A DNA stretch of 53,235 nt, filler included, from Sphingomonadaceae bacterium (lineage in GTDB: Bacteria; Chloroflexota; UBA6077): the NCBI GenBank assembly GCA_050261575.1. It is 3 parts of 3 records of this genome, joined end to end, with 100 filler letters (N's around TTAATTAATTAA, not from the genome) between each part and the next. Parts side by side here need not be neighbours in the genome. Positions count along the whole stretch, not along the records: positions 1 to 28,021 come from JBLNDL010000091.1; 2 more parts are not named here. One strand, written 5' to 3'. The translations under genes were made by a program, and so were the position numbers. Shown in pieces: positions 10,001 to 18,271 of this stretch. The notes beneath the pieces were generated by a model, which was given only the letters and a program-made list of their open reading frames with translations, was not told the origin of the DNA and ran no database searches. The first letter of the stretch is position 1. Every line of letters begins with the position of its first letter.

Positions 10001-10314
10001 TTGGGATCGGTCTCCATCTTGAACTCCACCACCACGAGCGACACGCTGTCCATGGAGGTGGAGCGAACGCTGTCGACGCCGTTGAGGGAGAAGACCTCGT
10101 CCTCGATCGGCTTGGTAACGGAGCGCTCCACCTCCTGGGGGTCGGCGCCCGGGTAGACGGTGCGGATGGTGACGACGGGGAGGGCGACGTCCGGAAGGAG
10201 GTTCATCGCCATGCGAGAGTAGAAGAGCCCACCCGCGACCAGCACGGCCGCCACCAGCATGGTGATGAAAACCGGCTGGCGGATGGAGAGGTCGGAGAGC
10301 CACATGTTTCTCAC
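7075..10314 (-). CDS. RND efflux permease, AcrB family (full length; ATG at 10305 also possible)
   Basis: 1079 aa. SIRQPVF, YPGADPQEVE, GMLIDDAIVVRENIFRH, GLVTKNSILLVEF, RLRPILMTT. Confidence 0.96.
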   Translation of the reverse strand: MRNMWLSDLSIRQPVFITMLVAAVLVAGGLFYSRMAMNLLPDVALPVVTIRTVYPGADPQEVERSVTKPIEDEVFSLNGVDSVRSTSMDSVSLVVVEFKMETDPKVAVDDVRNRVTTIRNSLPADAEDPVVDKLDFSASAMMTLSIADSSGQRTPEQLRSLVDDVVKPRIERVSGVAALEVTGGRIREVHVDLKLDRLKAYALPPQQVIQAIRGENLDVPGGRVTDGGAEELLRTEGRVHSLEELGEIGVPTPRGALVKLRELADISEGFADVRSISRLNGQESVTAEIRKQSGTNLVQVADAVKREMEALRRQYPELSFGIGYDQSTYTRQSVHDVLISLLLGGVLAAVVVFAFFRDLRNTLVTVAGLPVVVFGTFGVLYSMGISLNTVTLMALSLSIGMLIDDAIVVRENIFRHMEAGEEPQVAARTGTAEIAMAVVAITSTIVTVFLPIVFTGGITGRFLREFGLTVVVAVLISLVEAFTLAPMLSAYFFRRQVQGSHSVLGAEGQGAPRAQDQGGSETRPYTQDSGLRAQNTAPSTRDQLLSPRRSALHRGYRSLLDWSLHHRVAVVIVALVSLAASLATLPLMTFSFLPVIDQGEFMVTLELKPGSRLQDTDAAARVAERILMADPEVQQVAATVGSADGPVDRATFRIKLKSLGRTDEAMVRLRPQLAAALSGVTVRVEKQATTAAFGSSPAIGSVRSRPIQFSVEGPDLEQLDRVSAEMMARLQTVPGVIDVNRSLREGQPERVITVDRGRATDLGVSTAQVGSTVRTLVNGEVAGSYRAADKDVDIVVRLAEPDRDEIDEILRLPIVTARGVQVPLSAVASAKPSTEASQIDRQNRQRQVLVGAGFAGRDLGAVLSLAREAVDAMPLPDGVSVKLAGDIKFMDEAFASMGLAIALSVVFVYMILASQFASFIHPFTIMLALPFSAIGALLSLLVARFSLDMLAMIGILLLMGLVTKNSILLVEFINQLRRQGHSVHEAILEAGPIRLRPILMTTLAMIFGMVPVAAGFGAGAELRQPMGISVIGGLITSTLLTLVAVPVAYSLIDDAGRWIAHRFRGSSIQAGTEELEPIP
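8740..8764 (+). repeat. GTAG-type REP palindrome inside the RND CDS
   Basis: GTAGGGGCGGGTCTCAGACCCGCCC, next to CTGAGCC/CTGAGAC/CTGAGTC heptamers. Read in frame as GGSETRPY. Confidence 0.8.
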
Positions 10315-10326
10315 TGCAGTCAGCCC

Positions 10327-10857
10327 CTAGCGATCGGCCGTCAGCGGGTGCCCCTCGGATGGCTGATCGCTGACGGCTGATAGCTGATAGCCGATAGTCG
10401 ACGGCTGATCGCTCGTGAGTGCCATGGCGGACTCGTGGAGCAGGTCGAACGCCCGGGAGACGGTTCGTAGCTCGTCCAGGCTGAGTCGCTCCAGGATCTG
10501 GCGGAGGTATTCGAGGCCGGCGCGCAGGAGCCGGTCCAGAAGGGCCGATCCCTCCGGGGTGGCTTGCAGGAGGACCATGCGACGGTCGGCCGAGTCCTCC
10601 AGCCGGCGGATCAGCCCTTGGGCAACTAATCGGTCCACTACCCCCGTGGTGGTGGAGAGGGTCATGCCGAGGGCGCGAGCCACACGGCTGCTGGGCATCG
10701 GCCCGCCCGCTCCCCCAACGAGGAACAGCACCTTCAACTGCGGCATGGTGAGGTCCACTTCCGCCCAGTGGGGGATGCGGCTCCTCTGGAGGTACTGGTA
10801 CAGCCGTTTGTCGATGTCCAGGATGTGGCCGATGACCCGTTCGCGCTCCTCGCCCAC
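10327..10857 (-). CDS. MarR family transcriptional regulator
   Basis: GTG after GGAGGAG. DLTMPQLKVL...VARALGMTLSTTTGVVDRLVAQGLIRRLEDSADRR. Stop lies 12 nt before the RND gene. Confidence 0.92.
   Translation of the reverse strand: MGEERERVIGHILDIDKRLYQYLQRSRIPHWAEVDLTMPQLKVLFLVGGAGGPMPSSRVARALGMTLSTTTGVVDRLVAQGLIRRLEDSADRRMVLLQATPEGSALLDRLLRAGLEYLRQILERLSLDELRTVSRAFDLLHESAMALTSDQPSTIGYQLSAVSDQPSEGHPLTADR
10331..10413. repeat. GCTGAYN heptamer tandem repeat (7 copies) with a short inverted arm
   Basis: gctgatc gctgacg gctgata gctgata gccgata gtcgacg gctgatc at 10362-10410. Inverted arm cgatcggccgtcagc at 10331-10345. Confidence 0.85.
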
Positions 10858-11083
10858 TCCCTCCTCCAAAGCTTCGCGCCGACGTACTATTCGCGCGCCA
10901 ACAACTATCAACTGGACGCGAAGGAGTCTACCGTTTCGTGGCCCGGCAGTCAACGATGGGGTGGGGGGATAGTAGTCTGCGAGATCGATCGTACGGAGGC
11001 GGGCGTAACGCTGCCCCCACCCGCGCCGGGTTCCCGATCCCGCTGCGCGAGGAACGCCGATGCGGGGATCGTCACGCAACCCG

Positions 11084-11110
11084 CCGTCGGGGTTGGGACA
11101 ACCCCGACGG
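11084..11110. repeat. REP-like palindrome
   Basis: CCGTCGGGGTTG-GGA-CAACCCCGACGG, perfect 12-bp stem. Near-identical inverted copy at 38357-38381. Confidence 0.75.
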
Positions 11111-11170
11111 TCGATGGGAGCAACGCCGGCATCAGGGACGCGGTGCGAGCGAGCTCAGCGCCGCCGCCAC

Positions 11171-11602
11171 CTACTGAGCCAGGAACGCCAGGATGGCCTC
11201 GGCGTCCTGCTGGGAGACGCCCACGTTGGGCATCGGCATGCCGTACTCCCGGACGAGCTGCTGTACCGTGGCGTCGCCGCTCGCTATCAGCTTGTCGGGC
11301 TCCACGATCATCCGTACCAGCCAGTCGCGGGGCCGCTTGTCCGCCACACCCTTCAGGTCTGGTCCCGCCTTCCTCCCGCCGCCCACGGTGTGGCAAGCGG
11401 CGCACTTCTGGTCGAAGATGGCTTTTCCCTTCACGGTTTCGGGCGAGCCCGAGGTCGCTCCGGTGCCGGCTGCGGACGCCACCGCGGGGCCCGCTCCCGG
11501 GTAGGCCGACTCCTGCCATCGTAAGGTCATTACTGCGAGCATGGCGCCCAGGGCAACCGTCCCCACCACGAACCCTATGCCAAGAAGATGTACAGGCCTC
11601 AT
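11171..11602 (-). CDS. Membrane-anchored monoheme cytochrome c (probable c subunit of the bc complex)
   Basis: N-terminal TM, CAACH, GPDLKGV, distal Met in GMPMP. Follows cytochrome b. Confidence 0.88.
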   Translation of the reverse strand: MRPVHLLGIGFVVGTVALGAMLAVMTLRWQESAYPGAGPAVASAAGTGATSGSPETVKGKAIFDQKCAACHTVGGGRKAGPDLKGVADKRPRDWLVRMIVEPDKLIASGDATVQQLVREYGMPMPNVGVSQQDAEAILAFLAQ

Positions 11603-11619
11603 TATTCCGCACTCTCTGT

Positions 11620-12789
11620 CTATTGGTATGCCGCCCAAGTGAGGAAGCCGACCGCCAGCGCCATGGCGAGCCCGCCCAGCATGGCAAGGGGGCGACGCCA
11701 GGGCGAACGCCAGGGTGAGCGATCGTAGATCGGCAGCAGCAGGATGAGCAGCAGCGCCAGCGGCGGCAGTACGCCGGCACCCACCCACTCCAACTCGCCC
11801 GGGAAGTACTTCAGCGCCTGGAATAGGAACATGAAGTACCACTCGGGACGCGGCACGTAGGACGTGTCGGTGGGATCGGCCCTGGCCTCCGTCGGCACGC
11901 CGGCCGTCGTGACGAGCCAGAGGACGGCCACCATCACGAGCGCCGCGGCGATGATATCCTCGAGGATGATCTCGGGCCAGAAGCTGCGGCCCCGAGCCTT
12001 GAACTGCTCGTACCGCGCGTGGTACTCCTCCTCGCGGCTCGGGGCAGGCCTGCCGGCACCTGCGATGCTCCGGACCCTGGGGCCGATCCGTTCCCACAGC
12101 CAGGGCGGGACGCTGATCCCGTGGTGCACGACCAGGTAGAGGTGGATGGCCAGCAGCCCGGCCAGGGACGCCGGCAGCAGCAGCACGTGGACGGCGTAGA
12201 AGCGGGTGAGTGTTAGCGCCCCCAGTTCCGAGCCTCCCCGGGCGATCTTCAGGACGAGGTCCCCCACACCGGGCAGCGTGCCCGGAATGGCAGTTCCCAC
12301 CACAGTTGCCCAGTATGCCTTCTGATCCCAGGGGAGCAGGTAGCCGGTGAAGGCGAAGCCCAGGGTCAGCAGCAGCAGCCCCACCCCAACCATCCAGGTG
12401 AGCTCTCTGGGGTACTTGTAGGCACCCAGGACGAAGACGGTCACCATGTGGAGGACCACCAACACGACCATGGCGCTGGCCGTCCAGTGGTGGATTCCCC
12501 GCACCACCGCGCCGAACGGCACCTGGTACATGATGAACTGGATGCTGTCGTAGGCGTGGTCCGGGCTGGGCGAGTAATACATCGCCAGGAAGACTCCGGT
12601 GGCCGCCTGCAGGATGAAGGCGAACATGGAGGCGAAGCCTAGGGTGTAGAGCCACCCCGCCCCCAGCGGGATCTTGCGGCCGAAGAAGCCGTCCCACACC
12701 ACCTTCACGCCGGACCGGACCGCGAGCCAATCCAGAAGCCCAGCCACTTTGCCCGTGGGTTTCTGCTTCGGTGATGCAAGGGTGCTCAT
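11620..12789 (-). CDS. qcrB: Cytochrome b of a Rieske/cyt b complex (b6 and subunit IV parts fused)
   Basis: Start after GGAGG. RGIHHWTAS..VLHM, YKYPRELTW, TGYLLPWDQKAYWA, RFYAVHVLLLP..IHL, PRPEWYF. Confidence 0.93.
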   Translation of the reverse strand: MSTLASPKQKPTGKVAGLLDWLAVRSGVKVVWDGFFGRKIPLGAGWLYTLGFASMFAFILQAATGVFLAMYYSPSPDHAYDSIQFIMYQVPFGAVVRGIHHWTASAMVVLVVLHMVTVFVLGAYKYPRELTWMVGVGLLLLTLGFAFTGYLLPWDQKAYWATVVGTAIPGTLPGVGDLVLKIARGGSELGALTLTRFYAVHVLLLPASLAGLLAIHLYLVVHHGISVPPWLWERIGPRVRSIAGAGRPAPSREEEYHARYEQFKARGRSFWPEIILEDIIAAALVMVAVLWLVTTAGVPTEARADPTDTSYVPRPEWYFMFLFQALKYFPGELEWVGAGVLPPLALLLILLLPIYDRSPWRSPWRRPLAMLGGLAMALAVGFLTWAAYQ

Positions 12790-13331
12790 GCCACCTCCTT
12801 CTGCGGGACGCCCAGCCGAAAATCCTGGTACCGGACCACCAGGTTTCCCTGCTCCACACGCCACTCGAGGGTGTCCAGGGGCCGTGGCGGAGGGCCACCG
12901 ATCACCTTTCCATCGATTGAGTACCGCCCGCCGTGGCAAGGGCAGAGGAACTCCTTCTGGGCCTCCTGCCAGTTGAAGGCGCACCCCAGGTGGACGCAGC
13001 GCCCGTTGAACACGGTGAAGCTGTTCTCTCCGTTCCTTACCACCCACACGCCCTTGGATTCGGTCTGCTCTATCCAGCCGTCCCGCTGGGTGACGGAGAC
13101 GTTGGCGGGCTTCGGCTGCCCGATGGGGAAGTCCGCGACCGGGCCGACGGGGATCCAGTTGGCCTCGCGCGCGCGGAGTGCCGGCAGCACCGCGGAGCCC
13201 ACCAGGGGTATGCCCAGGGTGGTGGAGATGAAGCCGCCGATGGCGACGATAACGTAACTGAGAAAAGTGCGTCGGGTAGCCTGTTGTCCTTCTACACTGC
13301 CGCCCTGCTTCTCGGCGGTGTCGCTCTCCAT
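12786..13331 (-). CDS. qcrA: Rieske iron-sulfur subunit
   Basis: Tat-like TRRTFL, CVHLGC and CPCHGGRY boxes, GGPPPRPLD. 4-nt overlap with cyt b. Confidence 0.94.
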   Translation of the reverse strand: MESDTAEKQGGSVEGQQATRRTFLSYVIVAIGGFISTTLGIPLVGSAVLPALRAREANWIPVGPVADFPIGQPKPANVSVTQRDGWIEQTESKGVWVVRNGENSFTVFNGRCVHLGCAFNWQEAQKEFLCPCHGGRYSIDGKVIGGPPPRPLDTLEWRVEQGNLVVRYQDFRLGVPQKEVA

Positions 13332-13356
13332 GGTGACTCTCCATACTATGTCGTGG

Positions 13357-13417
13357 GTGATGAGTGACGAACGATGAGCATCTACTCACTCGTTACTCAC
13401 CGCTCATTGCTCGTTAC
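13357..13417. repeat. TGAYGAG-type heptamer repeats in inverted arrangement
   Basis: gtgatga gtgacga acgatga ... ctcgtta ctcaccg ctcattg ctcgtta. Same family at 18272-18347. Confidence 0.7.
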
Positions 13418-13860
13418 TGGTTTTTCGCTCCCGCTTCGATCCACAGGGTGAGGTTCTGCAGATCCTGCTCGGTCAGCCGTTGCCCCCCGTGGGGCATCCT
13501 GATGCTCGGATCCGCGGTGCCCTTCAGCACCGAGATCAGGGCGCTGTTGTTCGGCGAGCCCGGTGCCACCACGGGACCGTGCTGGGTGCCCTTCATGACT
13601 CCATCGTAGCTGTCCAACCGTAGCCCGTTGTCGGCCTTGGTGGGTCCGTGGCAACTGACGCAGCGCTGATCGAAGATGGGCTGGATGTGCTGGGCGTAAC
13701 TGCCGGCCCAGACCACCTTGCCCGCGGCGGGAGCCGCCGTTGGGTTCGCCGCCGCGGCGCTGGGCTGCGCGGCCCCGCACCCAGCCGCAGCGAGCGACGC
13801 CAGGACGAGGAGGACTCCAAGTGCCGTTGTTGCCGCAGCCTTCGGATATCTCATACTCAT
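13414..13860 (-). CDS. Lipoprotein c-type cytochrome (planctomycete cytochrome C-like domain)
   Basis: Lipobox AAGC. IQPIFDQRCVSCHG...GLRLDSY...VVAPGSPNNSAL...RMP...WIEAGA. Confidence 0.85.
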   Translation of the reverse strand: MSMRYPKAAATTALGVLLVLASLAAAGCGAAQPSAAAANPTAAPAAGKVVWAGSYAQHIQPIFDQRCVSCHGPTKADNGLRLDSYDGVMKGTQHGPVVAPGSPNNSALISVLKGTADPSIRMPHGGQRLTEQDLQNLTLWIEAGAKNQ

Positions 13861-13869
13861 CCCCCGTGA

Positions 13870-14304
13870 TTACCTCAGGGATTGAACGTAGGCTATCACG
13901 TCGGACAACTGCTGGTCGCTGATCCGGCTCTGGGGGAAGGCCGGCATGGATCCGCCCCCGGTCCGGACCTTGTTCCGGATGGTGTCTGCCGCGAGATTCT
14001 TGCCCCTCAGGGCAGGGCCCACGCCGCTTCCCCCGCCCGGGTGGCAGCCGCCGCAGTTCTGGTTGAAGACGGCCTGGCCCGCCGCCACGTCGCCCTGCTC
14101 GGCCCCGGATGCGGCGGGAGCCTGGGCTGCCGAGGGCTGTGTCGGGACCGAGGCCGCCGTGGCCGGAGGCTGGGTCGCGAGTGCGGCGGTCGCGGCGGGC
14201 TTGGCAGTGGTGGGCTCCGGTGCCGCTCCGCCCGCGCATGCGGCGGCTACCATCGCGGCCGGCACCAGCACGGCCACCAGTAGCAGGACGGTTCTTCTTT
14301 TCAC
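13870..14304 (-). CDS. Lipoprotein cytochrome c (c551-like)
   Basis: GTG after GGGAGG. Lipobox AAAC, Ala/Pro linker, CGGCH, GGGSMPAF. Confidence 0.9.
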   Translation of the reverse strand: MKRRTVLLLVAVLVPAAMVAAACAGGAAPEPTTAKPAATAALATQPPATAASVPTQPSAAQAPAASGAEQGDVAAGQAVFNQNCGGCHPGGGSGVGPALRGKNLAADTIRNKVRTGGGSMPAFPQSRISDQQLSDVIAYVQSLR

Positions 14305-14415
14305 GGTTTTCCTCCCAGGTTTTCGGGTCCCGTCATCGGTCGTGGATACCCGACAGCGGGTTCTGCGGGGCCAGCCGGCCCGCCAGTCATCGGGCGGCGG
14401 GCACAGGACCCCGCC

Positions 14416-15000
14416 CTACACGAGGTACAGCACGGTGAGGAGTACCACCCACACCGCGTCGACGAAGTGCCAGTACAGTGCGGACGCCTCCACACCGAGG
14501 TGGTGCTCGCTGGTGTAGCGGCCCTCTCCCGATCGCTTCCAGATGAGGGCGAGAAGGACCAGTCCCGCCAGCACGTGCGCCCCGTGGAAGCCGGTCAGTG
14601 TGAAGAAGACCGATCCTAGCAACCCGCTGCTGAGGCCGAAGCCCGCGTGGACGTACTCGTACGCCTGGCCGCCCAGGAAGGCCGCCCCCAGGACGATGGT
14701 GACCAGGATCCCTCCCCGCAGCACCGCCGTGTCCCCTCGGCGCATAGCGAGGTGGGCGCCGTGCATGGTCGCACCGCTGCTGAACAGCACCACGCTGTTC
14801 AACAGCGGAATCAAGAGGTCCTGTCCCGGAAAGCCCGGCGGTGGCCAGACGCCTGCACGGACCCTCAGGTAGAGATAGGACGATATCAGCATCCCGAAGA
14901 AGAGTGCTTCCGTGGCAATGAACACCCACAGACCCAGCATCGTGGGATGCATGCGCGACCCGAAAGGCTCCCTGGCTCGGCTCGTTGGGCTCGCTATCAT
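14416..15000 (-). CDS. ctaE: Heme-copper oxidase subunit III (short form)
   Basis: GLWVFIATEALFF, FLGGQAYEY, FFTLTGFHGAHV, YWHFVDAVW. Confidence 0.94.
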   Translation of the reverse strand: MIASPTSRAREPFGSRMHPTMLGLWVFIATEALFFGMLISSYLYLRVRAGVWPPPGFPGQDLLIPLLNSVVLFSSGATMHGAHLAMRRGDTAVLRGGILVTIVLGAAFLGGQAYEYVHAGFGLSSGLLGSVFFTLTGFHGAHVLAGLVLLALIWKRSGEGRYTSEHHLGVEASALYWHFVDAVWVVLLTVLYLV

Positions 15001-15069
15001 GTTCTGTAAGCCCCCGTTTTCATCGACAAGACTTGCGTGGTGGGTGTCCGACTCGGGGCCCCCTGCCCC

Positions 15070-15357
15070 TCACGCGGAGACCCACGGCTGCCACAGCCAT
15101 CCGACGATCGCAACCAGTATGACGACGCCCCCTATCGCCGCGACGACGGAGTGGTTCAGCAGCCCCAGCGAAAGCAGCAACAGGCCTATGGACAGCACCA
15201 CCGGCCAGATGCTGTGCTCGGAGGTCTTGTGGCTGCCCGGCGCGTGGCCTTCGGAGTGGGCACGCGGAGACGCGTGCTCCTGCCCCTCGCATTCCGAGTG
15301 GGCTTCCGTCTCGATCGCCGCGGGGGCGTTCAGGGCGGATCCAGATCCCCTCCTCAT
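15070..15357 (-). CDS. Small 2-TM oxidase-associated protein (subunit IV-like)
   Basis: ATG after AAGGAG. His-rich N-terminus, then HSIWPVVLSIGLLLLSLG...GWLWQPW. Lies between ctaD and ctaE. Confidence 0.7.
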   Translation of the reverse strand: MRRGSGSALNAPAAIETEAHSECEGQEHASPRAHSEGHAPGSHKTSEHSIWPVVLSIGLLLLSLGLLNHSVVAAIGGVVILVAIVGWLWQPWVSA

Positions 15358-15569
15358 AGATTGCTCCTTCTTGCTCTCCTCATCCAAAGTCAGACCTCCT
15401 GCGAGCCATCCGCCGTCTGCTATCGGCCGCGATTCCCTCATCTGAGGCCAGGAGCCGACGAGGATACATGCGGCACTTCCATCCGGTTCCTCGCCAGCCG
15501 ATACCTGCCATTCGCCATCCACTCCTGGCCACCGCTATGCGTCATGCCCTGATAGCCGATGGCCGACAG

Positions 15570-17189
15570 CTATCGTCGGTTCTTCTCGTCCCACAGAGGG
15601 CGGTGGCTGCGCACAGGTATCTGTCGGTCGAAGTTGTGCTCCGGAGGGGGCGAAGAGGTGGCCCACTCCAGGGTCCAGCCATCCCAGGGATCTGGTCCCG
15701 CTTCCCTGCCGCTGCGGACGCTCTTGATGATGTTCCAGATGAACAGCAGCAGGGAGACCGCGATGACGTAGCCTCCCAGGGTGGAAAGCAGGTTCAGTTC
15801 GTTCCAGCCCATGTTGTCGGCGTAGGTGTAGATCCGGCGCGGCATCCCCAGGATCCCCAGCACGTGCATGGGCTGGAAGGTCAGAAGGAAGCCGACCACC
15901 AGCAGCCAGAAGTTCCAGGCTCCCAGGCGTTCGTCCAGCATCCGTCCAGTAACCTTCGGGAACCAGTAGTAGAAGCCGGCGAAGACGCCGAAGGCTGTGC
16001 CGCCGAACAGGACGCTGTGGAAGTGGCCCACGACGTAGTAGCTGTCACTGACCTGCCAGTCGAAGGGCACCACGGCCAGGGACATGCCGGTGAGGCCGCC
16101 CAGAACGAAGAGTCCGATGAAGCCCAGGGAGAACAGCATCGGGGTTTTCAGCCGCAGGGACCCTCCCCACAGGGTGGCCAGCCAGTTGAATATCTTCACC
16201 GAGGTCGGCACGGCGATGGTGTAGCTGGTGAAGGCGAACACCGCCTGGGCGGTGAGGCTCATGCCCACTGGGAACATGTGGTGAGCCCAGACGGCGAAGC
16301 TGAGCACGCCGATAGCCACCGAAGAGTAGGCGATGAACGAGTAGCCGAAGATCGGCTTTCGAGCGAAGACCGGGATTACCTCCGAGACCATGCCGAAGGC
16401 GGGCAGGATCAGGATGTAGACCTCCGGGTGGCCAAAGAACCAGAAGAGGTGCTGCCACAGCAGGGGATCGCCACCGGTATCCGGGTTGAAGAAGCTGGTG
16501 CCGTAGTGGCGGTCCAGGTAGAGCATGATGGCGGCGGCGGTCAGGCTAGGCAGGGCGACCAGGATAATGAACTGGTTCACGAAGGTCGCCCAGACGAAGA
16601 GTGGCATCTTGTTGAAGCTCATGCCCGGCGTCCGGAGCACCAGAATGGTGACCAGAACGTTCACCGCGCCCGCGATGGAAGACATACCCAGCAGGACGAT
16701 GGAGATGCACCAGTAGTCCATCCCCGAGCTGGGAGAGTAGGTGGATGACGTCAGCGGCACGTAGCTGAACCAACCGGCGTCGGGGGCCCCTCCCGCCAGG
16801 AAGCTGGCGTACAGCACGATCCCTCCGGCGACGTAGGTCCAGTAGCTGAGGGCGTTCAGCCGCGGGAAGACCATGTCTCGGGCGCCGACCATCAGCGGCA
16901 CCAGGTAGTTGGCGAAACCCGAGAGTATGGGCATGCCGAAGAGGAACACCATGGTGGTGCCGTGCATCGTGAACGCCTGGTTGTACGCCTGGGGACCCAG
17001 CAAGGTGTTGTTGGGCACGATCAGTTGAGTCCGCATCAGCATCGCCATGGCGATGGCGACGACGAAGAACACCAGACTGGTGGAGGTGTAGAGGATCCCT
17101 ATGCGCTTATGATTGGTCGTGGTAACCCAACTCCAGACTCCGGTCTCGTACCACTGGTGCCGAGCCCACGTGTCTGCGGTGCTCGCCAT
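15570..17189 (-). CDS. ctaD: Cytochrome c oxidase subunit I, A1 type
   Basis: TMHGTTM, GARDMVFPRLN, WFFGHPEVY, VWAHHMF, VVGHFH, GMPRRIY. Confidence 0.97.
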   Translation of the reverse strand: MASTADTWARHQWYETGVWSWVTTTNHKRIGILYTSTSLVFFVVAIAMAMLMRTQLIVPNNTLLGPQAYNQAFTMHGTTMVFLFGMPILSGFANYLVPLMVGARDMVFPRLNALSYWTYVAGGIVLYASFLAGGAPDAGWFSYVPLTSSTYSPSSGMDYWCISIVLLGMSSIAGAVNVLVTILVLRTPGMSFNKMPLFVWATFVNQFIILVALPSLTAAAIMLYLDRHYGTSFFNPDTGGDPLLWQHLFWFFGHPEVYILILPAFGMVSEVIPVFARKPIFGYSFIAYSSVAIGVLSFAVWAHHMFPVGMSLTAQAVFAFTSYTIAVPTSVKIFNWLATLWGGSLRLKTPMLFSLGFIGLFVLGGLTGMSLAVVPFDWQVSDSYYVVGHFHSVLFGGTAFGVFAGFYYWFPKVTGRMLDERLGAWNFWLLVVGFLLTFQPMHVLGILGMPRRIYTYADNMGWNELNLLSTLGGYVIAVSLLLFIWNIIKSVRSGREAGPDPWDGWTLEWATSSPPPEHNFDRQIPVRSHRPLWDEKNRR

Positions 17190-17211
17190 CTTGTGCTCCT
17201 CTCCTTCGAGC

Positions 17212-18252
17212 CTACTTCAAGTTATCCAGGTAGGCGACCAGTTGATCGATAGTGGCTTGATCCAGCTTCTCGGTGGGCATGAGGTTCCCTGGCTTCACCT
17301 CCTGGGGGTCCGCTACCCACCTGGCCAGGTTCTCCGGCGTGTTCGGCAGAGAGTTGGCCCCCAGGCTCTGCCGGCTGCCGAAGTGGGTGAGGTCGGGTCC
17401 GCTGGTTCCCTGCGCAGCGGTGCCTGCGACCGTGTGGCAGCCGCCGCAGGACTGCTGGAAGGCCTGCTCCCCGGCCCTCTGGGCCTCAGTGACCGGCTGG
17501 GCGCCCTCGGCCTGCTGCTTCCTGATCCAGTCCGAGAACTCGGCCACGGGCACGGCGACCACCTTGAATCCCATGCGGGCGTGCTGCGTGCCGCAGAACT
17601 CCGCGCACGCCCCCTCATAGGTACCAGGGGTGGTCGCGAGCAGGTTGGCGTAGTTGATCTGGCCGGGGATCGTGTCGGTCTTGCCTCCCAGCCTGGGCAC
17701 CCAGAAGCTGTGGATCACGTCGGCGGACTCCAACTGCAGCTTGATCGGCTTGCCCACCGGAACGTGCACCTCGTTGGCGGTGACCACGTTCGCCTGGGGG
17801 TACTCGAATCTCCACCACCATTGGTGACCGACGACCCGCAGCACGATGGTATCGCCGGGGAAGGCCGAGATCGCGGGCAGCGCGCTGGCCGGCACCGAGG
17901 TCGCCTCCCCCATGGTCTTGATCGTCATGCCGAGGATAACCATGACCGCGACCGCCGTCGCCACCGTCCAGCCGGTTTCCAGCTTGAGGTTGCCGTGGGT
18001 CTGCACCGCCATCTCCTCGGGGCGGTTGCGGAAGCGGAACACCGCCAGCAGCAGCGTGGCCTCAACTCCAACCAGCACGACGGCGGCGAGGACCAGCAGG
18101 AGTATGGAGAGATCGTGGATGGCGGTGGCGCCCGCCGACTCCGGCCGAAAGATGGCGGCCGGGGCGGACTGGCAGCCGGCAAGGGTCGTGAGCCAGAAGG
18201 CTGCCAGTCCGAGAAGTGTGATGGTCCTCACCGCTTTCCACGTCGACCGCAT
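17212..18252 (-). CDS. ctaC: Cytochrome c oxidase subunit II with fused cytochrome c (caa3 type)
   Basis: Lipobox LAGC, GHQWWW, CuA ligands HSFW...CAEFCGTQHARM, C-terminal CGGCH...GNLMP. Confidence 0.96.
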   Translation of the reverse strand: MRSTWKAVRTITLLGLAAFWLTTLAGCQSAPAAIFRPESAGATAIHDLSILLLVLAAVVLVGVEATLLLAVFRFRNRPEEMAVQTHGNLKLETGWTVATAVAVMVILGMTIKTMGEATSVPASALPAISAFPGDTIVLRVVGHQWWWRFEYPQANVVTANEVHVPVGKPIKLQLESADVIHSFWVPRLGGKTDTIPGQINYANLLATTPGTYEGACAEFCGTQHARMGFKVVAVPVAEFSDWIRKQQAEGAQPVTEAQRAGEQAFQQSCGGCHTVAGTAAQGTSGPDLTHFGSRQSLGANSLPNTPENLARWVADPQEVKPGNLMPTEKLDQATIDQLVAYLDNLK

Positions 18253-18271
18253 GTTCGCTCCTCCGGAGTGT

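Noticed and set aside
11171..13389. Long ORFs 11171-12898 (575 aa) and 11620-13389 (589 aa) as large fusion proteins
   Set aside because: The upstream parts are off-frame overlaps of neighbouring genes. Homology begins at 11602 and 12789.
15070..17189. Frameshifted or pseudogenised ctaD
   Set aside because: All metal ligands are present in the 539-aa ORF, and the downstream small ORF has its own RBS about 210 bp away.
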